Positions 42,784 through 60,361 of a stretch of DNA of 64,000 nt are shown here, piece by piece (the stretch's first letter is position 1; every line of letters begins with the position of its first letter). This DNA comes from the human T2T-CHM13v2.0 reference genome, Homo sapiens: assembly GCF_009914755.1 (NCBI RefSeq), contig NC_060926.1. One strand, written 5' to 3'. Under the pieces are notes generated by a model. The model was not told the DNA's origin. It worked only from the letters and a program-made list of their open reading frames with translations, and did not search any database. Made by a program: the position numbers and the translations under genes.

Positions 42784-42878
42784 TGGACAAACTTTTTAAT
42801 TTCAATAAGTCTTGATGTCTTTGTCTCCTAAACTCCTAAATGAGGCTAATGTCAACATATATACACTCACATACCATA

Positions 42879-43536
42879 TAGTGAATTCGTGTCATTCACA
42901 ATGGTTATGTTCTCTAAAATTTTCATGAACAGTACACCAACTTAGGAAATGTGAAATTATTGTTCCTAGGGGACATACAGAGTTAGGTTCCTGTGAGCCT
43001 CTGGTCACATTTTCATTAACCAGCCATTATATAATCTTGTTTTATGTGTATTTCTATTTAAAGACACCTTACATTTAACATATACTGTTGATTCATTCAC
43101 ACTGACCTAACAGCCAACAGCACTGTAACTCATCCTGAAGGAAGCTTATCCGACACACATGTATTTTATCTGTAGGGCGCATCACAGCCTCCATGTGGTT
43201 AGGAACACCAGACAGCACTTAAGCACTACACTCAGGGCCATGTCAAACAGTGAAATCACCAACAAAAAGCACAAAATACAAAAAGCATATCACTAAATAG
43301 ACCACAAACAGGATACTAGTTTATTGCATGAAAGCTAAAACAACAAGGCACAGTCAGTGCTGCCTTGCTCCATCTCAGCTAGTAACGTGAACCTTGGGTG
43401 ACTAATTTTTCACCATTCCATGTATGTTCACGAATGACCACAAAAGTGACACAAGTATGGATTTTTGGGTTGCAAATACATTTTTGTGAGTAGAAAATTT
43501 GCAAATGCAGAATCTGCAAATAATGAGGAGCCACTG
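42879..43536. mobile_element. MER82-like Tigger DNA transposon
   Basis: TTAGGTTCCTGTGAGCCTCTGGTCAC internal motif; end GCAAATAATGAGGAGCCACTG; about 650 bp. Confidence 0.75.
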
Positions 43537-43541
43537 CCCTA

Positions 43542-43545
<4 letters not shown>

Positions 43546-43589
<44 letters not shown>

Positions 43590-43606
43590 ACACACATACA
43601 CACACT
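43546..43606 (+). repeat. (CA)n microsatellite
   Basis: Long CA run with two TA interruptions. Confidence 0.95.
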
Positions 43607-44019
43607 CTTAAAGTACCTAGATACAGTGCCCAAGTATTATGATGTAGAAATAATTAAAGACAATATGGATTATGTATCAGTATTTAGATTACATAAAACG
43701 TCAGGGTCACTTTACATAATTTGAAGAAAGGGCAATCAATGAAAGCTGTGAGACATGATTCTATGGAAACTGAATGTGACTCATACTCTAACACAGTGAT
43801 ACAACTTAAATAGTTAGAGAGGCATAGGGTCGGTGTTTGGTGAAAGAGAAAATTTTAAAAGGCTCCTAGTCAAGAGTAAGTTTTGTCCTTACAGGTTTAT
43901 AAGGAAATCAGTTTGATTATAATAGAGAAAAGCTTTTTGAGAGAATAGTTGAATAATAGGATTGGGGAGAAAAGGAGGGGGAGAGGATGCTTGGAAATGA
44001 GACAAAAATTCAGATACAA

Positions 44020-45721
<1,702 letters not shown>

Positions 45722-45774
45722 CCCTGTAAAATATCACTTACAGTTTAATTTCTCAGTTAGCATTTCTAAATCAT

Positions 45775-46170
45775 TAGTGTCTAGCCTGAATTCTTAGAGA
45801 ACAAGGAATTGAGTACAAGCAGCTCATTTGGGAGATGCAGGAAACACCAGTAGGGAGGTAGGGAAGTGACTCAAGGAAAGGAAGAATTATCTGACCCCAG
45901 GGTGAGAGAGCTGAGGTGTTGGTGTCCCAACCCTGGAGGAGTCATTAGTTGAGGCCAGCTCTTGAGGCATTCATTTCCTGGCTCTTCTAGCCTGCTGGAG
46001 GCAGTGAGGCTCTGTGTAGTTCTCAAGTAAAAGTGCTCTCTGACACAGATCCTTGCAGCTGGAAGTCGCAGGGCCACTTTGAATGGTCCTGGGGTGCAGG
46101 TACTGCTGATGTGCTCGTGACAAAGAGAGTTTAAAGCTGCTCTGATGTAACGCCACCCAGGACCAAAAGC
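45775..46170. mobile_element. Old MLT1 LTR
   Basis: GAGAACAAGGAATTGAGTACAAGCAGCTCATTTGGGAG ... CCAGTAGGGAGGTAGGGAAGTGA. Confidence 0.6.
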
Positions 46171-47379
46171 CACATCCGCATGCTGCTCACAGACTAGTCA
46201 CTGACCTAAAGGCATACTTGCCTGTGCTCTACATGACAAAATGCCCTGATGCAAATCCAGAAGGTGGGGTTCTCTCTTGTTTCTTAATCATTTAAGATTA
46301 ATCTTTTGTTTCTTAATCATTTACCAGTGAGAGCATTAGAATATAAGGTAACATTGAGAAAGAGAGAAAATGGAAGGGACGTATTTAGAGTAAGTGAATG
46401 AGCAAAAGAAACAAATAGGTGGAGACAGAGGTAGAGGAAAGACCTGAGAGAGCGGAGAGAAACGTGGCTATACCCTATCCACAGATCACCATAGTCCATT
46501 TTAGATAGACTAGCAGTTGGATTTATCCTACACTCATAAAAACACGACAGTATTTTTTAAAAAATCAAGTGTATGGGTTCTATCCAAAAATAAATAACTT
46601 ATTTTAATCAGAAAAAATATCACAAATTTTAGGTCCTTTGCCAATTAAGAATCTGAGATATACACAGCAAAAAGGATATCAGACAGAGAGGTCAAAAATG
46701 TGTAGTGCTAAATACTGTGTATTTGTCTTACGAACCTCCAAAAAGGAAATAAGAAAAATTAGCCAGGCCCACTCATGAGGATGTCAAAGTTGAAGAGAAT
46801 AAGTTGATTCTAGAGGTGACCTGTTTTCATTTTTATGGAGTTTAATCAAGAGTGAATTCTATAAAAGTGAAGCTACCATACAAACAACTTTCACTCCCCA
46901 CATATTTCATATATGATTGAGACCATAAGCTTGTTTACCTCAACAAATACCAGCTAGAACTCAGAAAGCTAAAGATTTAGGAGCTCAGTTTGCATCGAAG
47001 GGTTTATATTAAATTTCACCTTGTCGCTACATAAAGCAATCCTTAGAGCTGTAAGTTTCCCTAAGTGGTATCTAGGGTAATGATTCACCTTTGGCAGAGC
47101 ACTCACCTTTTGTTCTCAAGCAGTCAACATCATCAGGCCTATGTAAAATAACATCAATCAACACAAAGTTCTGGAACGCATCAAGTGAACTCAGATGACA
47201 GCCCAGGAAGCTTGGTTAGTCCTAAGAGAGGACAGCATGGCTCTTCATGGATGGCCAGCTGCTGCTCAGTCTATACCCTTCCCCAAAATGTGTAAATGTG
47301 ACTTCTCCATCTTCTAGTCACTGGCTTTCCCCATTCCAGGACACAGGAGGACTCAATCAATATTCCATAAGGTTATTTT

Positions 47380-48010
47380 GTAATTCATTAATCAAGCTAT
47401 TCAATTAATATTTGCTGAGCAGTTCCTACATGCTAGGCGCTGAGGAATATGCCAGGCATACAAAAGTGAAAAATACACGTGTGGCCCCTGTTCTCATGGA
47501 GCTTACAGTCTTGCAGAAGAAGATAGCTATTAATCAAAATGTCAGGAGCAAACATAAAATAGCACTGTAGTGTGTCCTGTGAGGAAGAGTTTCAAGGTGC
47601 TTTGAGAACAGATAATAGAGCGATATAAATGAGAGGTTGGGAGAGGTTTCCCAGAATGAGGTGAGATCCGAGGGCACAGTGAGACCAGGAAATAACCACG
47701 ATGTGAGAAGAGGGGAGGGCAACTGAGAAGTCCAAAAGTAGGCCAGGGTCTCTGGGGAGGGAGATGAGGCTGGATGGGCAGATGGGGCTAGGCCACTTGT
47801 CAAGGAGTTTTGTCTTTACCCTCAGGGAAATGAGAAGTCACTGAATGGAATGCCACTGACTATTTTCAAGTATGGCAGCAGTGAGGGTAACACAGTCAGA
47901 TTTGAGTTCTGAAATCTCTCTCTGATATGGTGTGGATGGGTTGGGGGAAGTTAACACAGATGTCAGAAAAACAAGATGCTGCTGCAATAGGCTATGCGGG
48001 AGTTGAAGGA
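47380..48010 (-). mobile_element. LINE-2 3' fragment
   Basis: ATATTTGCTGAGC ... CCCTGTTCTCATGGAGCTTACAGTC. Confidence 0.8.
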
Positions 48011-48129
48011 ACCATTATTAAAACAACAGTCTCACAAAATGAGAACCCACAGTTTGTAAGGCGTTCCATAATTCTGATTCTTCAGTATGTACTTCCTCTA
48101 ACAGTGACAAGCAACATTTCCTTATTTCA

Positions 48130-48335
48130 ATGTTTCTCAGAGAGTGGGCCATCAGCCACCAGCATCAGAGTTGACAGGGGCTGGGGGAGGAGAAGAAGTA
48201 CGGCTTGTTTAAAACGCAGATTCCTCGGTGCACTCTGGCCCTAGTGACTCACAATACCTGGGAGTGGGGACAGGAATCTTTCATTTTAGAGAACACTACA
48301 GGTAATTCTAATCCAAGACTAAGTGCGTCTGGACA
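48130..48335. mobile_element. MER5A-like MITE
   Basis: CCAGCATCAGA ... CTTGTTTAAAACGCAGATTCCT ... CAGGTAATTCTAAT. Confidence 0.6.
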
Positions 48336-48826
48336 AACACACTTGAGCATAGAACATAAATCACTTTTACTTTAGATAAGCTTTTGAGGTTGCACATTTG
48401 ATTTAATTTCTATTATTAACAAGTAAAATGAACAGATAATTAATCATCCAAAGCAACATTCCCTGGAGAGTAAGAGTGGGTGTGGCCATTAATAGTATAC
48501 TGGAACAGTAGGTGTAACCAAACAAGCTGATACACATTTACCTATAGCTTGCTAACCCTACTTCAGTAATAGATGTCCTATGCAAACTACTCTACCTTCA
48601 AGTGATGAGAGACCCCTCAAAATTTATATTTGAGTTCTGAGACTCTGGGGCTCACTATCTTATGATTGTTCCTTTTCATAGAAGCAGATGGTATTAACAG
48701 CCTGTAACTACTTTCAGTGGCTTCTAGAGCAAAGGGCATTGAGGCTCCAAGAGACAGGTTCTATGTTTGCAACAATGAAGGGAAACATGTCTACAACTCT
48801 CTTGCTTAGAAAGCCTTAGTAATTTA

Positions 48827-49271
<445 letters not shown>

Positions 49272-52200
49272 TTAAAAACAATGCCTGCTTGCCCCTTGTT
49301 TTAATTAAATAAAGAGAGAAATCTGCCCATCAGTGTCCCAAATGAGGTAGAAAAGTGGCAACTTGTTGTCACAATAGGCTCACAATTTCTCTCCTAAGAA
49401 AAATAAGAAGAAAAGTTGGAACATTTTCATCCCAACTCCAATACTCAGTTCCACTGGGTGGATATAATTGCCTAGTTTTGTGTACAAAGGCTTAACCTCA
49501 ACACGGTGGCCCTTCTGCCTTCTACACCGTCACTGGGGAGTGACTCTAGGTCTGTCTGAGTCTAGGACTGTGAAGATAACTAAAGAATCCCAAATTATGG
49601 CAGAGGGGATAGGCAGTATATATCACACTCGGACACACCTTGGTATTTCATTTGACAGTCAACCTTCTTGCGGATCATCAAGCACCGTCTCACTAGGATC
49701 TAAAAGTCTATTCTTCTCCAGGGTAGAGACATCTAGCCCCATTTTCAGTAAGCCTTAGAACAAGTAGAAGAAAGAAATCTGCATTCCCTCCTAGCTCTGC
49801 CACTAGCCAGCTGTGTAATTTTAGTTATCACATAAATTCTCTGTCCCTCAATTTCTTCATCCATAAAATAAAATGCACAAACATAGACTCACTCAAAGGT
49901 CTCTTCTCACTTTAAATTTATACAACTTTGATCATCTGTAAAAACTCAACCTTGAGAAATAAATACTTAAAACACTGCTGAAGTTCAGGGGTTTTTAATA
50001 CATAATTTCATTAAGATTAGACCTGCCTAGAAGATTCCCTGCATAATAAAACTTTCGTGCTTCTTTTCCAGAAGTGTATTTCTATCTTCCCATTTCCTCA
50101 CCTTCTTGGAAAAAAAAAAACACAAAAAAACAAAAAAGAAAACCTTCTCTTTTTGCTGTGTACTTTTCTTGGGCCCTAAGGTTAAAGCTACCTGTAAGAA
50201 ACAAAAGGCCAGTGAGAGTTTAGTGAAAGATACTCCTAACACTTTCCAAAAATCATGCCTAATATAAGCCCTTTCTAATGGCATTTGCTTATGGGAAAAT
50301 AGTCCCAAGTAGCTCTTGGTTGCAAGGCCTTAAAAAAATAAAGACAATTCACTCATCTATTTTTATTATTACTAACTCTGGTGGTGGACACAAAGCATCC
50401 ATGTAGTAACACTGCACCTATCCTGACGGTAATAACAGCTACCCTCTGTTTCCAACTCACTCATTATTTTCTGATGGGGACTATCCTTAAATCTTAGCAC
50501 TGTAGGGGGAAAAACTCTAAAGTACTTAGTTTTTTAACTTGATGGCAAAATGAAATTACAGGGATATGAAGAAACATCCAACTTTAGGAACTAGTCATTT
50601 GTAGAAGTTAAAACAGAACTTGTTCATTTTGAAAATGTAACCATGTGTCAAATCCACCTACTAATTCATAGCAACAATATAAAAAGCTATAATTTAGGAC
50701 TGTTCACATGAGGCAGAGATCAGGGTGGTGTTAAAATGAAATATGCTCTTTCCAGAACACAAAAGACATAATAAATAACGATTCATATTTGTATAACATC
50801 TCAGGGTTAAACCAAGTGAGTTCAGACATACAATTTTACATATGGCAAGGGCGATATAGGGCAAATATTCTGGACTCCCTTTACAGACAAGGAAACAGCC
50901 TCTAATGGGTTGTTAGGTGACCCGTTTAATAGTAAGTGGCAGAGCCAGAATTTAAATACAGTTCCGATTTTGGACGTCATGCTCTTTCCACAGACTCGGT
51001 GACCTCTTTTGGACTTTGACATGCATGTACAGATCTATCCCTAACGGTAGTAATTCTATCTGAGAATCTGTGATCTTTAGCCAAGCGTGAACCATGCTAC
51101 TGGCAGCGTTTCTCCCAAGGCTCCCAGGCCATTCCTCTACGGAGTTGGTGTTTGTATCAGAAATGTCAGATCTGGCCTCAGGTGACTACTAGCAGAATAG
51201 TTTTAACAAACCACCACCACTTCCATAGTTAATGATGACTCAATTAGTTCAAAACATAAACACATACCATAATAGGAGCTAAATGGAAATGCAGAGAGGC
51301 CAGCCGTCTGGCTGACAGCTGCTCCAGCGTGCCCTGGTTGTTTCAGCTTCTGTGATTTATTTACTCATTTGTTTTCTGGTGGTGAGGAGGGTGTGCAAAA
51401 TATATTGTCACTTTAGATAGCACTTCAGCAAATACCATAACAACATTCCCAGGGATTGCTAGCAGCTTTTGTTCAGCACAAGCATACTAAAATTTAAAGA
51501 GGGAAAAATAGCGTCAGATAAATCACAGGATTTTAAAAGAACATCCCAATTTGTTCACAGTTTAACAGTACTACTGTCAGGCAAAACATATAAAACTCTT
51601 CTTTTTCATCTCTGGATTTGACTTACAAAGAGAACTAAGCACATGGTAAAATCCCCAAGATTAAATGTGTATGATGGATAAGAGAACAAAGTGTTTTCTT
51701 TATGTCTGTAATATGAACCCACGACCACTGACATATCAATCCACATCTCCTCCACATTACTCTTCACTCAAAACCCTCCTCAACATTGCCGATTGTCTTC
51801 CATATTGAACAGATCCTGTGGAGTTACACTAATAAATTTTCAGATGATGCTTTTATTGCCTGCTCCATCTATCGGCAACACTTATTTCCCTAAAAAAATA
51901 GCCTCAATTCTAAAACCACTTTACATAAAGGGAAACTCTACTGTGGAATAGAATGGTGTGAAAAGTTCCCCTAGAATTTCATTAAAGGTATGCTCCAGGT
52001 GGCTGGACATCTAAGAAAACTAATAACAGAAATTATGTCCTTGTAGCCCACGGGTAGTTGTTTGAGTATAAGCTGGGCAGATAGAAACCAAAAACAGAAA
52101 GTAAGAATGCCATGTAGATAGGGAATTTCAGTGGGTAATAGTTAAACTTACATGCTTAAGAGTCAGAGAAAAAAAAAAAAAACCTCATAACTTAAGGTTG

Positions 52201-52444
52201 AAATTTGCAATTCAAATTCAATCCCCCTTTATCCTGTTTTCTAAAGGAATTCACAGGGTAGGGAAGCTGAGCTCATGGACTTAGCAAGGGCCATCCCAGA
52301 AGGAACTGACAACCCCGTCACTGAGTTGTAAATGGTAGGTGGGTGGCTAGAGTATTGCTGTCTATTGTACTCACTTACAGCAGCCATGTGTCTGAGATTC
52401 CCTGGCAGAATTTTAATCAAAATAAATTTAAGCCAATATAAAAT

Positions 52445-53195
<751 letters not shown>

Positions 53196-56100
53196 TCTAT
53201 CTCTGTTCTCTAGATGACCGAGGTGCTCAAATTTTTGTTTCAGAAAACACGGTCAATATCATATCATTTTTGTGTGTGTGTGGCAATTGCTGGCAAATAA
53301 ATAGTTATATATCTTCTAAGCTTATTAAAATGAACTGATTAAAAAGCAACTGCTTCTATAAAGAAAGAATTCTTTCAGTGTTTAAATGAAATAACAATGA
53401 TAATAATAATACATAGCTCCTATGGAGAAGGGAACTTCTCAGTCCAAGTTCAGTAAGTAGATACTGTATGCAATTCAACAGGTCACAATTATAATGTAAG
53501 ACTCTCAGGGGCAGGAATAATGTTTTCTATATCACATCCCTATCACCACACACTGCACAACACAGAAGGCATTCAGCAAATGTCCAATGCTGGTGAATAT
53601 GCTGATGCTTTACCTCTGATGACACTGGGAGTGAGAGTACTGCTGAACTACTTAACTATTCCTAAGTACTTTCAACAGAAAACATTTTTTAAACAAGTAT
53701 TTTGGCACCATAGACATAAAGCAAAAAACCAATAGGATATTTGCACAGAAGATAAAAGCACCACTAAATTGATTTTCTCTCTTAGAAAATGAGATTTTGC
53801 ACGCTTATCCTTTAACTGACACCCCCTGCCACATGCATCTTCTCACATAGGAGCAAATCAACTTTTAAGCCATAAATAGTTGTCTTCCCTAAGACACCCT
53901 GGGAATTTCTGGTGACTCAAAGACTAACTCCCAATCAAGGTACTCTATTCCTCCCACCTTCTTCCAACCAGGGGTTACCTAAAAGAAGAGCTCGAATAAG
54001 ATGCATTAACTATACTACTTTTGAAAGTCAGAGATAAATTACATAGTTAATTCTCTTGGGAGCTCATGTCAGAAAAGAGAGAAGCTCCACCTATTTGCAC
54101 CTAAATGGAACTTAAGGATAAAGCAAGAAGACTACACTTCTTCTAGTACCTGCTGTCTCTAGTCAGGCAAAACTCAGTGCATAGGGTAGGGCTGAATTGC
54201 TTGAGGATTTGTACTGAAGACATTTTTGCTAGTAATACTGTCCTGGTATACTTTTCGACATTAAAACTATTATTTTTATCCCTAACCCCTCAAAGTGGCA
54301 GGAAGCTATCACTTGAGGTGCTTCTTTGTCACATAGTGGGATGTACATTCTGACAAACCACTCACAGCCTCAGTGGGAGTAGAGAAGCAAAGAGCTACTT
54401 GGCGAAGACAGCTGTAATCCTGCCAGATGATTCATCTTGGTGAGAGAGGAAAGGAAATTTAGACAAATTAACAGGAAATAAGTATGATCCTCAAAGGCAA
54501 TTAGAAAAGTCAGAATATGTATGTGAAAAAGCAACAGAAAAGTGCATCCAAAACCTGGGTAACCAGTTTCTTCATGCAAAATCTCTGTGTTTAAAGAATA
54601 ATAAACTGGCCAAGCTGTGGTTCCCATGACAAATGGCTCTCCCGGAAAAGCTCTTCCAAATTAATCCAAATAAATAGTCTTCTAGATTTCACCAGTAGCC
54701 ATCTTAGTGTTAGGCAACCAAGTACATCTTCTGTTGCCACAATCATAGGGAGGGGAAAGTAGAAAACTGAGCATCCACTGAGCTGGATGCTGGTTCCAGG
54801 TCTGCCACTCGTAGGTGGTATGACTTTGGTAAAGCTACTGGGACATCTGTGACATCATTTCCTCATAGGCAAAATGAGGTGGTTGGATGCTGGAGGTAAT
54901 ATTTAGCTCTGAGAGTCAGTGACTTCAAATTACCTGTCTTGTCTTCTATTCCTCCTCCTGAGCACCTAAGACTTGCTGACCATCCTGATCACCCCACATG
55001 GTGACTGACCCGCCTGTGTCACACTACAGCTCTTTCCTTAGAAACCAGACAGAAGCTGGCCACATGGTGCACATCAACATGACAATAGTCGGGAAACATG
55101 GCCTGTGGTCTTGGCTACACGAATAAATGTGAGATTATCCAACCTCTCTGAAGCGGTCCTCGTCTCTAAGATCCTGGATGATCACTTTATAGACTTCTGC
55201 CCACAACAACCCTGAAGCATTCTGGCAATAACTCCCACTAAGCTGTAAGGATGCTGCCTGGTTCTCCGTGTCTCTTTCAACCCAGCAAACTTAGCAGTCC
55301 TGTGTGTCAAAGATTATGCCAGACACTGATGGGAGAGTCAGAAGCAATTATGGTTTGGGCCACTCTAGAAACTCAGCTCTACACGTAAGGCTTTGAACTT
55401 GTGGGGCTGAGAAGGGTTCACTGTGAGAATCAGCCCTGCGGCCTCGCTGCCCACATCCTCTCTGCCAAGCTTCCACTGAATTTCCAGGGCCTGTCATCAT
55501 GTCAAGAAAAAAGTCTCAGTTTCGTAACTCTCTAACACTTGCTAATTGTTCAACTTTTAATAAAGGAAAATAGGCCTCAAGCTCAGTTAGCAGGCACCAC
55601 TAACTAAGGCGAATTTAGAGTCCTGTCTTTTTTTTCATTTAGGCCATAATGTCCTCCCACTAATGCAGATGAAATGATTTTCTATTTCTAGGAAGGTTTT
55701 TCCAGCAGCAGGGTTTTCCTCCACACTCTGCTTCTTCAGACACCTCTGCTATTTCTCACCCACCCAGTCCAGTCTAGGGTGTCTGAACAGGGCCCACCCC
55801 ATGCCCTAGTCACTTTTCTGAGTGACCCACTGACCTTGCTGCCCCATGCCTACTTCCTCCCCAGCAACGAGCTTCCTACCAACCCATGCTTCAAACATTT
55901 CTGGGAACTCCTCAGAGCCCCGAGAGGTTAAGTAATTCCCCAAACATCAGGCCGCTTGTGAGTGGCTGCTCAGTGATGATCTGAATCTAGGCTGTTGGCC
56001 TCTGAAGGCTTTAAACTTATCCAACATTCTCTGCTTCCTCTCACCAGAATACCCATAGTCCTCTGCTTTCTTGCATCACAGTGCCCATAACCCTCTGCTG

Positions 56101-56351
56101 TCTCTCATCAGAGAACCCACAGACCAAAGGATACTCCCATTTATCTGAATTTTACTCCTTCAAAGACCAACTCGACTCCCATCTTCTCCAGAAGCTTTGC
56201 ATGTCTCCTATGCAGAATGCATAGGCTGGCCACTCTACAGTAGAGGCTGGTGTTGGGTTAGTGAAAATGAGATCACAGCCATGAGACCACAGCCACAGGA
56301 AGCTTTCACATAGTGAGCAAGAAAAATCAGCCAAGCCTTGCAGTACAATGA

Positions 56352-56676
<325 letters not shown>

Positions 56677-58889
56677 CGCAATGATTCTTAACCCAGGCTT
56701 CATATTAGAATAGGCCTGCGGAAATTTAAAAAATCCTCATGCCCAGGCCACACCCCAGACCCATTAAATCCTTAGGGTGGAACCAGCACATTAGTGTTTT
56801 TTTGTTTTGTTTTGTTTTTAACTCTCCGGATGATTCCAAGGCACAGCCAAATTTGAGAGTCACTGGTGTAGAAAGTAATTAATGCCATGCTTGCAAGATA
56901 TGGGACTTGGAATCAAAAGATCAAGTCCACTCCCAGCCTGACTCACTGTATGACCTGAAAAAGTCAACTGCCTGTGTCAAACAGGTTCTTCACCAGAGAG
57001 ATGAACTTGCACTTTCTGCCCTTTCTATTTCAAAAGGTTAATGTGAGGTTCAAATGAGATGATGCTGCAAGAGTACCCTGTAAACTGTAAAACACTTTAT
57101 TATTACTGTGTCAATTTTCACTACCAGTCCCCCAGTGGTGATGTTCAAAAGCTCAGAAGAAAAAAAAAGGTAATAAAAATGCACAGAAAAGAAAAATACA
57201 ATAACAGTAGGGTTAGAATAATTAAATACAGTGACCCAAGAGAAATATAGCCTATTTTATATCTTAAGGGTATGTTTATAAATTATTTTTATAAGTACAA
57301 TAAAAAAGGTTGTAGCAGGAAAGGAATTGTATTCAGGTGACCACTTATAGCAGAAGCTTATTAATACAGAACAAGGGATAGGCTTGGCCTTAATGGGGAG
57401 AAATGAGTTTCCTGTGCTAATTTATTAATTTAATGTGGAACAAAATTTATTAGGGGCTGAGGTGGGAAACCTACCAAATAAAACACAGAAAAAAGCACCT
57501 GTACATTTTGTAATAAGAAGGTTGTTAGTGGGAACTTGAGAGCTGTTTGTTACAAAACAATGGAATCATCGTGAATGAGATTCTTGGCTCTTCGTTTAAA
57601 CAAATGAAGTGAAAATATAAGCCATCATAAACCCCAATTCAACAGGCTTGTTCCCAAAGCCCCTTTGAACCTGGTTTGACACTTGGTGCATCCCACAGAA
57701 GGCATGCAGCAAATAGCCCTGAGACAGCAGGCCAGGCCCTCAACATTGACTTAAGACATACCAGCCTCAGGTCTGGATCCTGAGAACATGAGGGAAGGAG
57801 GACAGAGAGGATCCACAGTTTCTCTCTCCTTTTGCATGCATGTGGCATGTGACAAGCCCTAAAATGAGGGTTATAATTTGTAATTTGCATTTACTTGCTT
57901 TTTTCCTCACTTCTGTATCCCTATGCTAATTCCTAACAGCTCTTTCCCCCGGTTCACCCAGGGAACCGTTAGGAATTAGTCTATTGAATAAGTCTAAGGT
58001 TTCACCCAGACTTATTCAATCACTGTAGAGGATTACAAGCTCCTAAATCACTTTAGGGAAATTATTTTCCTGTCTCCTTCCCCTTCGAATACTATGTCCT
58101 AAATTCCCGTTTTCTGAGATGGGTTGATACAGCAAACCCTCAGATTAACTGGTTCAAACTAATATGTGAATGATGCTCTCTGAAGTATCTGTCATCTTAA
58201 TTTCTTTTGCTTTGGAATGATGCTTTATGGAGGAGATTTCAGAAAAACATATCTAAGTGAAAAATACTGGTAGCTGGAGTATGGAAACAACAGATTGTGC
58301 AGTGGAAGAAGACAGCACCAAAACAGCGTCTCCTGCCTAGGAATCTGACCCTGGGTTTGGCACTCCTGAGGTGTCTACATTTCTCACAGCTTCATGATTT
58401 TCTCCAATGCTAAAGCTTTAGGCTTACAAAAGGCATCCGTGGCACTGGCCATAGAAGTACAGTAAGGTGAGGCAGGAAGAATTTGGCTATGTGAAGGGGA
58501 AGAACAGTTAAGTAGATGGGGGATTAGCTGTATAATAATGATAATATCTACTGTTTATTGAATACTTAAAATGTGCTATGCACGCTATCATACATTATCT
58601 CTGATTGTTAAATGAAATTATGTCTAAGGAACCACTGGGAAAACAGAAATCTTTCCCTTTAGCCTCACTATACCCACTACATAGAAGAGGAAAGTGCAAT
58701 TCCAGCTAATTAGGTTGCCCCAAATGACAAAACCAACTGAGGGAGAAAGCTAGGATTCATTTCCAGGTCTGCCTCTCCCTGAAACTTTTTCTCATTTAAA
58801 TTCCTCTTCACAAATTCCCCAACCAGCACCTCTTATACATGTGGTCTTTAAGATGTGAGGGACTGCTGGGACTTCATAGCAGTCTTTTA

Positions 58890-59950
58890 AAAAAATATAA
58901 TTTCAGCTTTTATTTTAGATCCAGGGGATACATGTGCAGATTTATTACCTAGATATATTGCGTGATGCTCAGGTTAGGGGTATGACTGATCCCATCACCT
59001 AGGTAGCAAGCATAGTACACTATAGCTTTTCAACCCTTGCCCCCTCCCTCCCTTTCCCCTATGGGAGTCCCCAGTATCTTTTGTTGCCACATCTATGTCC
59101 ACAATTAGCCATTGTTTAGCTCCTTCTTATAAGTGACAACATGTGGTATTTTGTTTTCTGCTCCTGTGTTACAGGATAATGTAGGATAATGGCTTCCAAC
59201 TGCAACCATGTTGCTGCAAGGAACATGATTTCTTTCTTTTTTATGGCTGGGTAGTATTCTGTGGTGTATATATACAACATTTTCTTTATCCAGACCACCA
59301 CTGATAGGGACCTAGGTTGACTCCATGTCTTTTCATGAGATGTCTTTCCAATTGTTTGTGTCATCTCTGATTTCTTTCGGCAGTGTTTTGTAGTTTTCTT
59401 TGTGGAGATCTTCTACCTCCTTGGTTAGGTGTATTCCTAGGTATTTTATGGCCATTGTAAATGGAATTGCATTCTTGATTTGCCTCTCAGCTTGACTGTT
59501 ACTGATGTATAGAAATGCTACTGATTTTTGTACATTGATTTCATATCCTGAAATTTTACTGAAGTCATTTATGAGTTCCAGGAGTCTTTTGGCAGAGTGC
59601 TTAGTGTTTCCTAGGTACAGAAGCATATAATCAGTGAAGAGAGATAGTTTGATGACTTCTTTTCCTGTTTGGATACCTTTTATTTCTTTATCTCGCCTAA
59701 TTGCTCTGGCAAGGACTTCCAGAACTATGTTGAATAGAAGTAGTGAGAGAGGGCATCTGTTTCTTGTTCCAGTTCTCAGAGGGATGCTTCCAGTTTTTGC
59801 CCTTTCAGTGAGATGTTGGCTATGGGTCTGTCATAGATGGCTCTTATTATGTTGAGGTATGTTCCTTCAATGCCTAGTTTATTCAGGGTTTTTGTTTTAA
59901 TCATGAGGGATATTATTGAAAGCTTTTCCTGCATCTATTGAGATATTCAT
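58890..59950 (-). mobile_element. L1 (old L1PA/L1PB) with an internal deletion near 59335
   Basis: 3' UTR GGGATACATGTGCAG; ORF2 peptides [21 protein letters not shown] and [10 protein letters not shown]. Confidence 0.9.
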
Positions 59951-60361
59951 TTAAAAAATGGTCTACAATTTCCCTTTCATCAGATTATTTCTTCCCTATG
60001 TTAATCTAGCTATTGCATGGAGAAAAGAAGAAATACTGAGTATTGTTTGCCTCTGTGTTTGAATGGATGGCTGACAGACTGACATGGGAGTCGGGAGGAG
60101 GGGGGCAACTTCAATAGACTTCTCTACTATCTCCACCCTTTCAGGGCCTAGGAGCTGACAAAGTCCTGTGCAGGGGGCACCTCTGGATAGTTTCACAGCT
60201 GGCACATGCCTAAAGTGATTTAGGATTAGATAGCCCTTCCCCTCCCAGGCCACAGCAAATAATTATTAGTGGAAGAAGAAACACCCTTTGAACTTCCATT
60301 GAGCATCCACATTCTCCCATGACCTGTAAGTCAAACTTCCTTAAGAATATTCTATGGAAAA

